DNA from: Synechococcales cyanobacterium
GTDB taxonomy: Bacteria > Cyanobacteriota > Cyanobacteriia > Leptolyngbyales > Leptolyngbyaceae
DNA: 64,000 bases
NCBI GenBank assembly: GCA_043764895.1
Contig: JAYUJY010000174.1
Coordinates: 412-64,411, forward strand
Reading direction: 5' to 3'
Position 1 is the first letter of the stretch. Each line of letters begins with the position of its first letter. The notes beneath the pieces are model-generated. The model ran no database searches. It was not told the origin of the DNA and saw nothing but the letters and a program-made list of their open reading frames with translations. Below are positions 55,250 through 64,000 of the stretch, piece after piece. A program made the position numbers and the translations under genes.

Positions 55250-55279
55250 CGCGATCGCTTGAGTGAGTTGGGAGTGATA
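55193..55279 (+). repeat. Repeat family R3 copy d (the resident xisI 3'-end and downstream tail)
   Basis: ATCGTGCTTGGCCTGATTCCACCCAGTTATCGGGCATTGCTGAAGTCCCAGCAGTAGCGCGATCGCTTGAGTGAGTTGGGAGTGAT. Confidence 0.85.
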
Positions 55280-55346
55280 ATCAAACTGCCCACGCTAAAC
55301 ACAACTGCTATCATAAGGTCAGTGAAAGACACGGAGCATTGGCATA

Positions 55347-55820
55347 ATGACCCTCCTCCAAGACGATCGACAACTCACCCATTTATCCAACCCAACCTTA
55401 TACAGTTGTGATTATGCGGCATGGGTAGAACAGACGGTGACGCTGCTGCGCGATCGATAGTTTGAAGCGGTAGATTTAGAGAACTTGATTGATGAGTTGG
55501 AGGATATGAGTCGGCGGGAAAAACGATCGCTCACTAGCAATGTGCGCGTAATTTTGATGCATTTGTTGAAATACAAATTTCAGGCTGAAAAAAGATCTAG
55601 ATCGTGGTTGGTTACGCTTCGGGAATATCGGATTCGATCGGCGGAGATTTTGGCGGATAGTCCAAGTTTACAGAACTATTTGAATGATCAGTTTGAACTT
55701 TGTTATGCACAGGCACGGCGGGAAGCAGCAGATGAGACTGGATTGGAGATTGAGGAATTTCCGATCGAATCACCCTTTACGGTTTGGCAATGTTTAGATG
55801 AGAACTTCCGCCCAGATTAA
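55347..55820 (+). pseudogene. DUF29-family gene with an in-frame TAG
   Basis: From the ATG at 55347: MTLLQDDRQLTHLSNPTLYSCDYAAWVEQTVTLLRDR*FEAVDLENLIDELEDMSRREKRSL..., with the TAG at 55458-55460. The sequence is DUF29-like on both sides of the stop. Confidence 0.75.
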
Positions 55821-56854
55821 GGGCTAGGGTAATCATTAGGCATAATTTCAACACTTTTTACAAAGAAGAATAGATCGCTGGGACGCGCACCAGGAAGTCG
55901 ATCGCCATTGGGTTCAGCGGCGTATTCCAAAATGATGTTCTTTCCTTTAAAGGACTCCTTCAGTAGGCTCCATCCATTGGGGTGATCCATAAACCAACTA
56001 TTACATTGCGTGGTGCAGTAAGCCACAATATCCGGCCCTGTTTCTGACTGGACAATGATCCGCATGTTGTCAACGCCGCCGCCACCAATGAGTTTTCCCT
56101 TGACAGTGATCGATTTATTCTCCATTGATACCTGTTTAAATTTAAACTGACTTTGAGAAATCCAGCATTCTGAATACAGTTCACGATACCAACTGTCTCC
56201 TTTCTCATCGACTTTAGGCTTTTCTCGATCGACAAAAACTTCCCCACGCTGAAAGACTTTTTTAACCGATGCCTTAAGGCTAGGCTGCGATCGGCAATTC
56301 GTCGGTGCATTACTAATTTCAGCATTAAACCCAACACTAGCTGTCGGCTCACTTCCACGAGAATTGATCGCAGAATTAGCCATCGCCATCACATTTCTTT
56401 TATGTCCATTTTTGATATAGGCCATGTAGAGAACGCCATTTTCTTGCCAAGATACAGACGCATTAATATAGGCCGATCTCTCGCTGCGATATAGAGCCTT
56501 CTTCCCTTTTGCTAGTGTCACTCTTTCAGACTTCGTGAAGGAATTATTCTCAAAGGCTGGCATCTGCCCTCCTTTTCTAGCCGAAAAAGATCCCCAATTA
56601 CAAGGAGTCGCACCCTTACATTCACGAGTGAATCCAAACGTAAATCCATATCCGGCATTTTCCCTGAATACGCTCCAATAACGATGTTGTTCAGTCTCAA
56701 TCTGAGATGGGGCAAGAATTGGAATTTGAGTGCGTCCCATAATCTGATAGGCACTTCCAACTAATTCGCCAATCGGCAAATTGAGCGCCTGGGCTGGACT
56801 AGCAAACAAAAGTGATAGTGTGGCGATCGTAATAGGAAGGGACTTATTTTTCAT
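55817..56854 (-). CDS. Secreted hypothetical protein
   Basis: 345-aa ORF with a signal peptide (LLFASPAQA). No family recognised. There may be an SH3b-like stretch in the middle. Confidence 0.45.
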   Translation of the reverse strand: MKNKSLPITIATLSLLFASPAQALNLPIGELVGSAYQIMGRTQIPILAPSQIETEQHRYWSVFRENAGYGFTFGFTRECKGATPCNWGSFSARKGGQMPAFENNSFTKSERVTLAKGKKALYRSERSAYINASVSWQENGVLYMAYIKNGHKRNVMAMANSAINSRGSEPTASVGFNAEISNAPTNCRSQPSLKASVKKVFQRGEVFVDREKPKVDEKGDSWYRELYSECWISQSQFKFKQVSMENKSITVKGKLIGGGGVDNMRIIVQSETGPDIVAYCTTQCNSWFMDHPNGWSLLKESFKGKNIILEYAAEPNGDRLPGARPSDLFFFVKSVEIMPNDYPSP

Positions 56855-56895
56855 AGCTTTTAGAAAGATTAATTTTAGTTAAAAATTGAACAACA

Positions 56896-57768
56896 TTAAG
56901 TAAACTGCTTGAGAATCCGATCGCACCGATCGCTCCCAGCCTTGTTTCCAGCGTTAACATATTCATTTTTTGCGTATTCTAAAACTCGTTTGGCTTCGGG
57001 ATAGTTTTTTTGATGAAGGAACGTCATCCCAGCAGCGTAATACGCATTCGCAAACTTTGGATTGACGCGTGTGGCATTGCGGAAGGCTTCGAGTGCGCCG
57101 GGAAAATCTCGATCGCTGTAAAGGACCGTCCCGAGACCGTAGTAGGCATCGTAGTAGTTAGGATTGAGCTGGATGGCTTTGCGGAACGATGCAGCAGCGC
57201 CTCGGTTCCATTTCGATCGATGGTGGACGATGCCAAGATGATAATAGGGTTCGGGGATAGCTAGGCTAAGTGTCGTAGCTTTTTGGAGTTCTTCGGTCGC
57301 GCCTTTGAGATCGTTTTCTTGATGCAACACTAGACCGAGATTGTAGTGCGCCATGCCGAGATTCGGATCAAGTTCGATCGATCGTTTGAGATACTCTTTA
57401 GCCTGTTTTAGATTGTTTCCTTCGAGCAACGCCGCACCAAGATTGGCATAGGTCATTGCAAAGGTTGGATCAAGACGAATGGCATTGTAAAACGTAGATG
57501 CCGCCTCTTGGACTTTACCCGTTTGGCGCTGGGCGAGTCCGAGATTGTAGTGGGCCGGAAAAAAGATGGGGTTGAGCTGCGTGGACCGTTTGAATGCGTC
57601 GATCGCCCCCTCGGGATTGCCGGATTGAATCTGCTGGAGTCCTTGCTGATATAGAGATTCGGCAGATTCGGCCCGGACGGATAGGGTCGAAACCGTTGCC
57701 ATAACCAGTGCGGTCATCAGAACGGTTATGCGGGACGTTAGGAGAGAGGCGATCGACGTTTTCATCGG
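56896..57768 (-). CDS. Secreted TPR-repeat protein
   Basis: Signal peptide followed by about 7 canonical 34-aa TPR units (A..YNLGL......A...F..AI.L.P). The start is set at the ATG at 57768 to avoid overlap with the upstream peroxiredoxin. Confidence 0.8.
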   Translation of the reverse strand, partial: PMKTSIASLLTSRITVLMTALVMATVSTLSVRAESAESLYQQGLQQIQSGNPEGAIDAFKRSTQLNPIFFPAHYNLGLAQRQTGKVQEAASTFYNAIRLDPTFAMTYANLGAALLEGNNLKQAKEYLKRSIELDPNLGMAHYNLGLVLHQENDLKGATEELQKATTLSLAIPEPYYHLGIVHHRSKWNRGAAASFRKAIQLNPNYYDAYYGLGTVLYSDRDFPGALEAFRNATRVNPKFANAYYAAGMTFLHQKNYPEAKRVLEYAKNEYVNAGNKAGSDRCDRILKQFT

Positions 57769-57769
57769 G

Positions 57770-58225
57770 CTAGACCAATCCCTGTACAACGGTCAAGGAT
57801 TCATCGATATGACCTTGGAAATTGAGTTGGGAGTTGGTGATGTGTTTGACGATGCCAGACTTATCAATCACGTACGTGACGCGGCCTGGAAGAATCCCAA
57901 ACGTAGACGGCACGCCGAAAGATTTACGAATTGCGTTTCCAGTGTCGCTGAGGAGCGTGAAGGGAAGATTGTATTTGGTTGCGAAGGTTTTGTGGGACGC
58001 CACGTCATCTCCGCTAATTCCGATCACTTCAGCTCCCGCGTCCTGAAAGGCGGTGTAGCTATCGCGAAAGCTGCAAGATTCCTTCGTACAGCCGGGAGTG
58101 TCATCCTTTGGATAGAAGTACAAAACGACGCACTTGGTCCCATTAAAGCTTTTCAAATTCACCGTCTCGCCCGTCTGAGACTGAAGCACGACGTCCGGAA
58201 TTGCATCCCCAACTTGAATACCCAT
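57770..58225 (-). CDS. bcp: Peroxiredoxin Q / bacterioferritin comigratory protein
   Basis: The YFYPKDDTPGCT active-site motif is typical of BCP/PrxQ. 151 aa. Confidence 0.92.
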   Translation of the reverse strand: MGIQVGDAIPDVVLQSQTGETVNLKSFNGTKCVVLYFYPKDDTPGCTKESCSFRDSYTAFQDAGAEVIGISGDDVASHKTFATKYNLPFTLLSDTGNAIRKSFGVPSTFGILPGRVTYVIDKSGIVKHITNSQLNFQGHIDESLTVVQGLV

Positions 58226-58333
58226 GATTGATTGACCTGTTATTGAGCTGTATCCGATCGTCAGTATAGCGCAGTGCTAATATACCAAGAGCGCCCCAAT
58301 GAAGTGTTCTGAGGGATCGTTCTGAGAGATTGT

Positions 58334-59098
58334 ATGGAACCACTATCGATCGCATTATCCCTGTTACTCGGCCTGATTTCGCCTGTCGGCATCGTGAGCG
58401 ATCGCGTGGCTGAACAGCAAATTCGCAAGCAGCTTTATAAAGCCGAGTCGTTGCAGGTCCGGATTGACAACGCGCCGACGTATCAATTAGTCAAGGGAAA
58501 AATAGATCAGGTCCGCGTGGCGGGTCGGGGTTTGTACTTGACGCCGGATGTGCGCATTGAGGGACTGGACATCGAGACGGACCCGATCGCTCTAGTGGGA
58601 TTGAGTACCAAACTGGAGAAACCCCTTCAGGCAGCAGTTCGGCTAACCTTAACCGAAGCCGACATCAACCGCGCATTTTTAGATCCGCAATTTACAGCCG
58701 CATTTAACAACCTCGGCACCGATCGCACAGGCAAGCGAGGCCGTTACCAGGTGCTCAATCCGCAGATTAAGCTGTTGGGACGCGATCGCATTCGCCTTGC
58801 AGCGCAACTCACTGAGCGAGGTTATCCAGGGACGCTCAATCTCACGATGGAAACCAACATTACCGTCGTGGCAGGGCGATCGATCGAACTCGTCAATCCC
58901 ATCATCAAAGTCAACGACAAACTCGCCCCCCAAATCCTCGTCGATTCGCTCTCAAAAGGGGCCAGTCAACGGTTTGACCTCAACCAATTTGAGTCCATGG
59001 GCATGACCCTTCGAGTGCTTAAATTAGAACAAGTTCAAGAAGGACTTCAACTGGTTGGGTTTGCTCAAGTCCGCCCAAAACCCGAGAAAATGCCTTAG
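58334..59098 (+). CDS. DUF2993/LmeA-like membrane-anchored protein
   Basis: N-terminal hydrophobic anchor followed by repeated beta-rich blocks (VRIDNAPTYQLVKGKIDQVRVAGRG ... ). Family recall only. Confidence 0.45.
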   Translation: MEPLSIALSLLLGLISPVGIVSDRVAEQQIRKQLYKAESLQVRIDNAPTYQLVKGKIDQVRVAGRGLYLTPDVRIEGLDIETDPIALVGLSTKLEKPLQAAVRLTLTEADINRAFLDPQFTAAFNNLGTDRTGKRGRYQVLNPQIKLLGRDRIRLAAQLTERGYPGTLNLTMETNITVVAGRSIELVNPIIKVNDKLAPQILVDSLSKGASQRFDLNQFESMGMTLRVLKLEQVQEGLQLVGFAQVRPKPEKMP

Positions 59099-59162
59099 TA
59101 CTGAGCAGCATAAATAAGACCATTATTAAAATCAATCAAAACGAGGGTCGCTATTAGATCTC

Positions 59163-59262
59163 TTCTTTGTTGGGTTCCGGGCACGGCGAGCCGTGCCCCT
59201 ACAGATCCGGGTTCCAGAGATTGTAGGGGCATGGCTTGCCGTGCCCTAAACCCAACAAAGAG
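59163..59262. repeat. MITE-like hairpin repeat family R2, copy 3 (most symmetric)
   Basis: CTTTGTTGGGTTCCGGGCACGGCGAGCCGTGCCCCTACA ... TGTAGGGGCATGGCTTGCCGTGCCCTAAACCCAACAAAG lies between convergent genes. Confidence 0.88.
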
Positions 59263-59297
59263 GCATTGAATATCCGGATTATTTACGCCGCAGACTA

Positions 59298-61919
59298 CTA
59301 GTCCATCTGCTGAAGGGCCAGACGTTCTAAGGCCGGACGAGCGCGAAGTGCAGGTTGGAAATTAGGTTTGTTTGCAAGGGCATGGTCGATCGATTGCAGG
59401 GCTTCCGCGTAGCGCTGAAGCTCAATGAGCACGCGGCTGCGCCAGTACCAAGGAATATGGCTTTCGGGCTTGAGATGGATGGCGCGATCGAAACAGGCGA
59501 TGGCTTCTCGATGACGTTTGAGCTTCATCAGCGCACTGGCAAGACTGCACCACAGTTTAGGCTCGTTGGGCGTGTTGTGAATGGCGCGATCGTAGCAACT
59601 AATGGCATCTTCATAGCGCCCCAAGCCAAACAACGTATCCCCGCGAATTTTTAACGCTTCGGGATTATCAGGGTTGCGCTGAAGCTCAGGGGTATAGGTC
59701 GTGAGCGATCGGGTTTTTTGGCGAACTTTTTCTAGGAGCGGACCCCGCAAAATCCACGATCCCGTTTGGTCGGTGTTGCGGCCAGTGCCCAGGTTGGGGT
59801 TAGCTTTGGCGGCGACGAGAGCGGCCAGGAGATTTAGGGAGTCGAGGGGCGCGGGCATCTCGGTGCTGGCGCTTTCAGCGAAGGTCGATTGGCTATCGAT
59901 ATGGTTAAGCTTGGCGGCAATTTTGGCAGCGGTGCGTTGGCCTGTGATATTGGCGGCATTGGCGACGGCGGTCGTGCGCAGGTCTGAGGAAGATTCTCCT
60001 AAACTTTGGGGCAGAATCGGAAGACTGAGGATCGTGGAATCGTCTTCGATCGCTTCATCCAGTGGATTAGGGATAGGTCGGAGACTGTTCTGGCAACGCG
60101 ATCGTTCTTTTTTTGCGTCGGGTTCATTGGGGTGAAGGGTGAGGATTTGGGCATAGACGGTGATGGCCTCTTCCAGTCGGTTCATGCTTTCTAGAATTTT
60201 GGCTTTGGCCTGCAACGTTTTAAGATGGTCTGGATCGGACATGAGTGCCTGGTCCACGTCCTGAAGCGCACCGTCCCAGTCTCGGCGCTGACAGCGGATA
60301 TCACTGCGCACCAGCCAAGCTTTGGCATGGTCAGATTCACTGCCGAGGAGGACATCTAGAATCACGATCGCTTCGTCATAGCGTTGAAGTTTGGCAAGAG
60401 TCGTGCCGTAGGTCAGCAGGGTGCGGGGATTGCTGGGATCGCTTTGGTAAGCAGATTTGGCGAGTACGAGGGCTTCAGAATAATGGCCGAACTGAAGTAG
60501 GGCGTAAGCGTCAGCTCGATCGATGAGGATTCGCTTCCGACTTTCGACTGCAAGCTGAAATTTTGGCTTAATTTCGACGGCGCGGCTATAGGCGAGCAGC
60601 GCTTTGTTCGGGTGCCCAAGCGTTTCCAAGACCTTACCCCGATCGTGCCATGCCCAGACGTTATCGGGCTGGAGTTCGACGACCTTGACATAGACCCCGA
60701 GGGCTTCTTCTGGTCGGTTGAGATTTTCGAGCAGGACGCCGAGCTTTAGCCAAACGCTGGCATCATTGGGCGCATGTTGCGTGGCTTTTTGATAGGCCGC
60801 GATCGCATTTTCAAATTGCTGAATCCCGTCGTAGGCCATGCCTTGCTTCATCCACAGCGTCGCATCTTCCGGCTGACGTTGAAGCGCCCGATCGTATGCC
60901 GCGATCGCCTCGCGGAAATGCTGTCTCTGGAGCAAATAATCCCCACGCTCGACCCAAGCAATACTACTCGTACTCGGGTCTAAATTAGAATCTACACCGT
61001 TCGGAGTTAAGGCGGTGCAAGAAGTGGCGGCCCCCTCTCGGCAGATTGCCGTTACCCCCAGCGCTGGAATGGGCCGATCGATCGATGGAAGAGACGCACC
61101 GAAGCACTCACTTGTCGATGATTGCTGAAGGATTTCAAGAACTTCCTCCGCGCAGCCGTAGCGTTCATTCACGTCATAGCGTACGAGTCGATCGAGCACT
61201 TCTGCAAATTCAGGACTCACCTCGGCTTGATCTCGCCAAAACAGTTCCCGACTCTCTGGATCGCGCTGGAGATGCTTGGGAGAATAGCCCGTCATGGCCT
61301 GAATGCCAATCATGCCGATCGCATAGAGATCACTTTCAAAACAAGAACAGCCCAATAGCTGCTCTGGAGGTGCATAGCCCGAAGAACCCACAATAATCGC
61401 TGGGTCATCAATGGACGACAGGGTAAGCTGCTTCACCGCCCCAAAGTCAATCAACACAATCTTACGATCGCCTTCACGGCGGATCAAGTTGCTAGGCTTG
61501 ATATCCCGATGAATCACCTGATTCTGATGCACAAAAACTAATAGGGTTAAAATCTCCTGAATCAAGCTCTTCGTGTCGGCCTCAGTCAGCGGCAAACTGT
61601 TTTTGAAGCTCTGATTCAAAACCCATCCTGGAATATATTCTTGAACAAGATAAAGTTGTCGAGCCTCTTCAAAGTGCGCCGTCAGATGGGGAATCTGATC
61701 GTGGTGTCCGAGCGCGTGCAGCACCACCGCCTCTGCCTCAAACAATCGTTTTGCCGCCTCCCACGCTTCAGGACTTTTCACCTTAGGCTGTAATTTTTTG
61801 ACAACGCAAAACGGTTTGCCGGGAAGGTGCTGGTCTCGTGCCAGATAGGTCTGCCCAAAACCACCGCCCCCAAGCTGGCGCAAAACATCATATCGTCCGG
61901 CAAGGAGTTTATGGGGCAT
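59298..61919 (-). CDS. Ser/Thr protein kinase with C-terminal TPR repeats
   Basis: Hanks kinase motifs GGGGFG, VVKK, HRDIKPSNL, DFG, APE. Multiple TPR units in two C-terminal blocks. Confidence 0.92.
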   Translation of the reverse strand: MPHKLLAGRYDVLRQLGGGGFGQTYLARDQHLPGKPFCVVKKLQPKVKSPEAWEAAKRLFEAEAVVLHALGHHDQIPHLTAHFEEARQLYLVQEYIPGWVLNQSFKNSLPLTEADTKSLIQEILTLLVFVHQNQVIHRDIKPSNLIRREGDRKIVLIDFGAVKQLTLSSIDDPAIIVGSSGYAPPEQLLGCSCFESDLYAIGMIGIQAMTGYSPKHLQRDPESRELFWRDQAEVSPEFAEVLDRLVRYDVNERYGCAEEVLEILQQSSTSECFGASLPSIDRPIPALGVTAICREGAATSCTALTPNGVDSNLDPSTSSIAWVERGDYLLQRQHFREAIAAYDRALQRQPEDATLWMKQGMAYDGIQQFENAIAAYQKATQHAPNDASVWLKLGVLLENLNRPEEALGVYVKVVELQPDNVWAWHDRGKVLETLGHPNKALLAYSRAVEIKPKFQLAVESRKRILIDRADAYALLQFGHYSEALVLAKSAYQSDPSNPRTLLTYGTTLAKLQRYDEAIVILDVLLGSESDHAKAWLVRSDIRCQRRDWDGALQDVDQALMSDPDHLKTLQAKAKILESMNRLEEAITVYAQILTLHPNEPDAKKERSRCQNSLRPIPNPLDEAIEDDSTILSLPILPQSLGESSSDLRTTAVANAANITGQRTAAKIAAKLNHIDSQSTFAESASTEMPAPLDSLNLLAALVAAKANPNLGTGRNTDQTGSWILRGPLLEKVRQKTRSLTTYTPELQRNPDNPEALKIRGDTLFGLGRYEDAISCYDRAIHNTPNEPKLWCSLASALMKLKRHREAIACFDRAIHLKPESHIPWYWRSRVLIELQRYAEALQSIDHALANKPNFQPALRARPALERLALQQMD

Positions 61920-62024
61920 GGGTCGCGATCGGGTTTTCTATTTCTATGTCCCCTTTAACGTTCCCGAACTGGATTGGAATAACTCACGATTCCGGTGCAA
62001 GTTCATGCGTTATTTACCGATCGT

Positions 62025-62531
62025 TTACGAGTTATTTATATTTTTCATCGTACGCTGCATTTCCCGCTGATCGTCCTTGCGACGACTATCTTCTCGTTTG
62101 TCGTGAAGCTTTCTACCTTTTACGAGGGCGAGATCGATTTTGACAATGCCGCGCTTAAAGTACATTTTTAGCGGCACCAAGGTCAGTCCTTCTTGATCGA
62201 CCCGACCGACGAGCTTACGGATTTCCTGGCGGTGCATCAAGAGCTTGCGCGTACGGCGAGGATCGTGGTTGAACACTTGGGCTGTGGTCTGGTGAGGCGA
62301 GACGTGGACGTTGTGGAGATGGATTTCATTTTGACGAATCAGCGCAAACCCGTCCCGCAGATTGGCCTTGCCTTCCCGGATGGACTTGACCTCAGTCCCA
62401 ACGAGCGCAATGCCCACTTCAAAAGTGTCTAAGATTTCATATTCAAACCGCGCCTGCCGATTATCCGCAACGATTTTGAAGCCGTCACCGGGAGGGGTTG
62501 ATTTTTTGGCGGGTGTTTTTTTCGTGTTCAT
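62025..62531 (-). CDS. smpB: SsrA-binding protein
   Basis: [40 protein letters not shown] is a canonical SmpB sequence. Confidence 0.95.
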   Translation of the reverse strand: MNTKKTPAKKSTPPGDGFKIVADNRQARFEYEILDTFEVGIALVGTEVKSIREGKANLRDGFALIRQNEIHLHNVHVSPHQTTAQVFNHDPRRTRKLLMHRQEIRKLVGRVDQEGLTLVPLKMYFKRGIVKIDLALVKGRKLHDKREDSRRKDDQREMQRTMKNINNS

Positions 62532-62546
62532 ACTCTTAATTCTACT

Positions 62547-63410
62547 CTAAAGCCCTGCGAACCATTCGTAGCCTTGATCTTCCCAAAAGCCCTTGACGGG
62601 GTTTAGGCCGTAGGTGGCGGTGGCGATCAACAGGGCACGATCGCGCCTCGAACTCAGCCACTCCGGAGGAATCAGCGCTTTGGTAAAGGTGATGCGCGTG
62701 ACCCATTTGCTCAACTTGTAGCCTAGTTTAATGGGCGAGGCGAGGCGGAGGGGTGCGCCGTTGGGAACCGGAATCGGATTGCCGTTCATCTCATAGGCCA
62801 AAATCGTCTGGGGGTGCAGGACCGAGGCGATATCCCAGCTCTCGTAGTAGCCATCGGCGGATTGGAAATAAACGTACTTTACATCAGAGGCAGGCTGGGC
62901 CAGTCGGGCAAGATCCACAAGGCTGACCCCCGCCCACTGAACCACCGCCGCCCACCCTTCAACGCAAACGTGGCGAATAATCATGGATTTTTTGTCGATC
63001 GGGTAGAGATCGCTGAGGGCAAGGCTCAAAGGTTTAGCAACTGCGCCGTCAATGGTGAGCCGAAACTCCTGCGGGTCTAGCACTGGGTAGTTGCGAGAAA
63101 ATCCATTGACAATCAAATCGTCAGGCTTAACGGCACTTAGCGGCAGGTCTGGAATCGGTCTTTGGGCGTTGAGCAGGAGAGACTCCACCGATTCATTCCA
63201 GGGTTCGGTGAGAAAGCCAACGAGATTGCCTAGATCGGCAGACGCGCACCCGCCGAGGGTCAGGCTCATTCCGGACAGTCCCGTGAGTTTTAGAAAGTCT
63301 CGACGTGTAATCATAGAAAGTAAGTCTGATGCAAGGTCTTTTAATTCTGACAGCATTTCTGACCAAACGGGTCGATCGCCCAATGTTCCATGTCGTTCGT
63401 TGCTACTCAT
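62547..63410 (-). CDS. Molybdopterin-dependent oxidoreductase (sulfite-oxidase/MsrP-like fold), Tat-exported
   Basis: Twin-arginine signal TRRDFLKLTG with a lipobox-like LGGC. Oxidoreductase_molybdopterin-like block HVCVEGW. Confidence 0.75.
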   Translation of the reverse strand: MSSNERHGTLGDRPVWSEMLSELKDLASDLLSMITRRDFLKLTGLSGMSLTLGGCASADLGNLVGFLTEPWNESVESLLLNAQRPIPDLPLSAVKPDDLIVNGFSRNYPVLDPQEFRLTIDGAVAKPLSLALSDLYPIDKKSMIIRHVCVEGWAAVVQWAGVSLVDLARLAQPASDVKYVYFQSADGYYESWDIASVLHPQTILAYEMNGNPIPVPNGAPLRLASPIKLGYKLSKWVTRITFTKALIPPEWLSSRRDRALLIATATYGLNPVKGFWEDQGYEWFAGL

Positions 63411-63688
63411 TACGTTAACCTGGACGATCGCTAATTGTTTGAATGCTCATCCCGCAAAAGACTTGAATAACCGTATCAGGCTCCCAGCGGAGAGCCTATA
63501 TCTTAATGGCTTTTGGCTGGGAAAATAGACACTTACATCGTAAGATAATATAGAGTTTGATTGAGAACATTTTTTCAATATCCTTTCAGAAAAGAGTTTG
63601 ACTAGCTAGGGACGATAGAGATTCCGCATTCTGCGTCGGGATGAGCGATCGCATAGAGTATCCTAGAACTACTCAACCCTCCTGAATC

Positions 63689-64000
63689 ATGGCCATCATC
63701 TCTTCAAAACCCGCCGATCATTCAAACCGTCGCCCAGCCGATGAAGAGTCGGCGGTTGATGCGTTGTTGGATGTGTTGCAGGATGCGCAGACGGAGTTGC
63801 CGCTGGAGACGATGCAAACGGGTAAGGGACGGCGAAGCAAGGCCAAACCTAAAGAAGACAGTACGCCTACACCAGAAGATAAAACCAATAGCGAACTCCT
63901 TAAAGGCGATCGAATTGTTGAAGAAACGCAGAAGCAAGACGAAAAAATCCGTCCCCAAACCATCCAAGAATACGTCGGCCAAAAAGATCTCAAAGATGTT
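63689..64000 (+). CDS. ruvB: Holliday junction helicase RuvB, 5' partial (runs off the window)
   Basis: Open frame from the ATG at 63689 to the window end. A low-complexity N-terminal extension is followed by IRPQTIQEYVGQKDLKDV, the conserved RuvB N-terminal motif. It is absent from the ORF track because it is open-ended. Confidence 0.8.
   Translation, partial: MAIISSKPADHSNRRPADEESAVDALLDVLQDAQTELPLETMQTGKGRRSKAKPKEDSTPTPEDKTNSELLKGDRIVEETQKQDEKIRPQTIQEYVGQKDLKDV

Noticed and set aside
63718-63993. Two minus-strand ORFs (91 and 86 aa) at the right edge
   Set aside because: They lie antisense to the open-ended + strand frame that encodes a recognisable RuvB N-terminus (IRPQTIQEYVGQKDLKDV).
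1-64000. Search by eye for tRNA, rRNA, tmRNA, prophage structural genes, transposases or a CRISPR array
   Set aside because: None was recognised: no T-loop GGTTCGAATCC-type motifs in intergenic regions, no transposase-like ORFs and no phage structural genes. Small ncRNAs cannot be excluded without covariance-model scans.

Overview
This is a cyanobacterial chromosomal window, judged from the very dense HIP1-type GCGATCGC/CGATCG palindromes, the xisH/xisI genes and the many CHASE2/CHAT/TPR signalling genes. A filamentous Leptolyngbya-like organism is my inference only. No rRNA or tRNA was recognised by eye. From left to right the window contains: (1) an aquaporin-arsC-arsH arsenic module; (2) two large two-component superclusters, FIST-HK-CHASE2 hybrid HK-triple-REC regulator, and CHAT protease-DUF928 repeat protein-CHASE2 hybrid HK-REC-HK; (3) housekeeping genes, namely glutathione-dependent formaldehyde detoxification frmA/fghA, a VanX-like dipeptidase, a tyrosine recombinase, a 7-gene Mrp antiporter and an SDR; (4) a 1463-aa SNF2 helicase; (5) a roughly 17-kb accessory/defence island (39.2-55.8 kb). 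The island carries three VapBC pairs, ParD plus amber-interrupted ParE, BrnT/BrnA-DUF4926, DUF4160/DUF2442, XisH/XisI, a PD-(D/E)xK protein, DUF29 (amber-interrupted) and a SHOCT protein. It also carries an NB-ARC/TPR NLR-like STAND NTPase whose N-terminus shares a short motif with the C-terminus of the small helical protein encoded just upstream; this is a Bell/BASS-type amyloid-signalling architecture. After the island come (6) TPR, PrxQ, a Ser/Thr kinase, smpB, a Mo-oxidoreductase and the ruvB 5' end. At least four dispersed repeat families are visible. Two of them delimit the TA cassettes in direct orientation. The most interesting candidates are the Bell/NLR pair and the CHAT-DUF928(GGASRG x5)-CHASE2 operon, which may form an extracytoplasmic peptide signalling system. 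All functional calls rest on motif recognition by eye; no searches were run.
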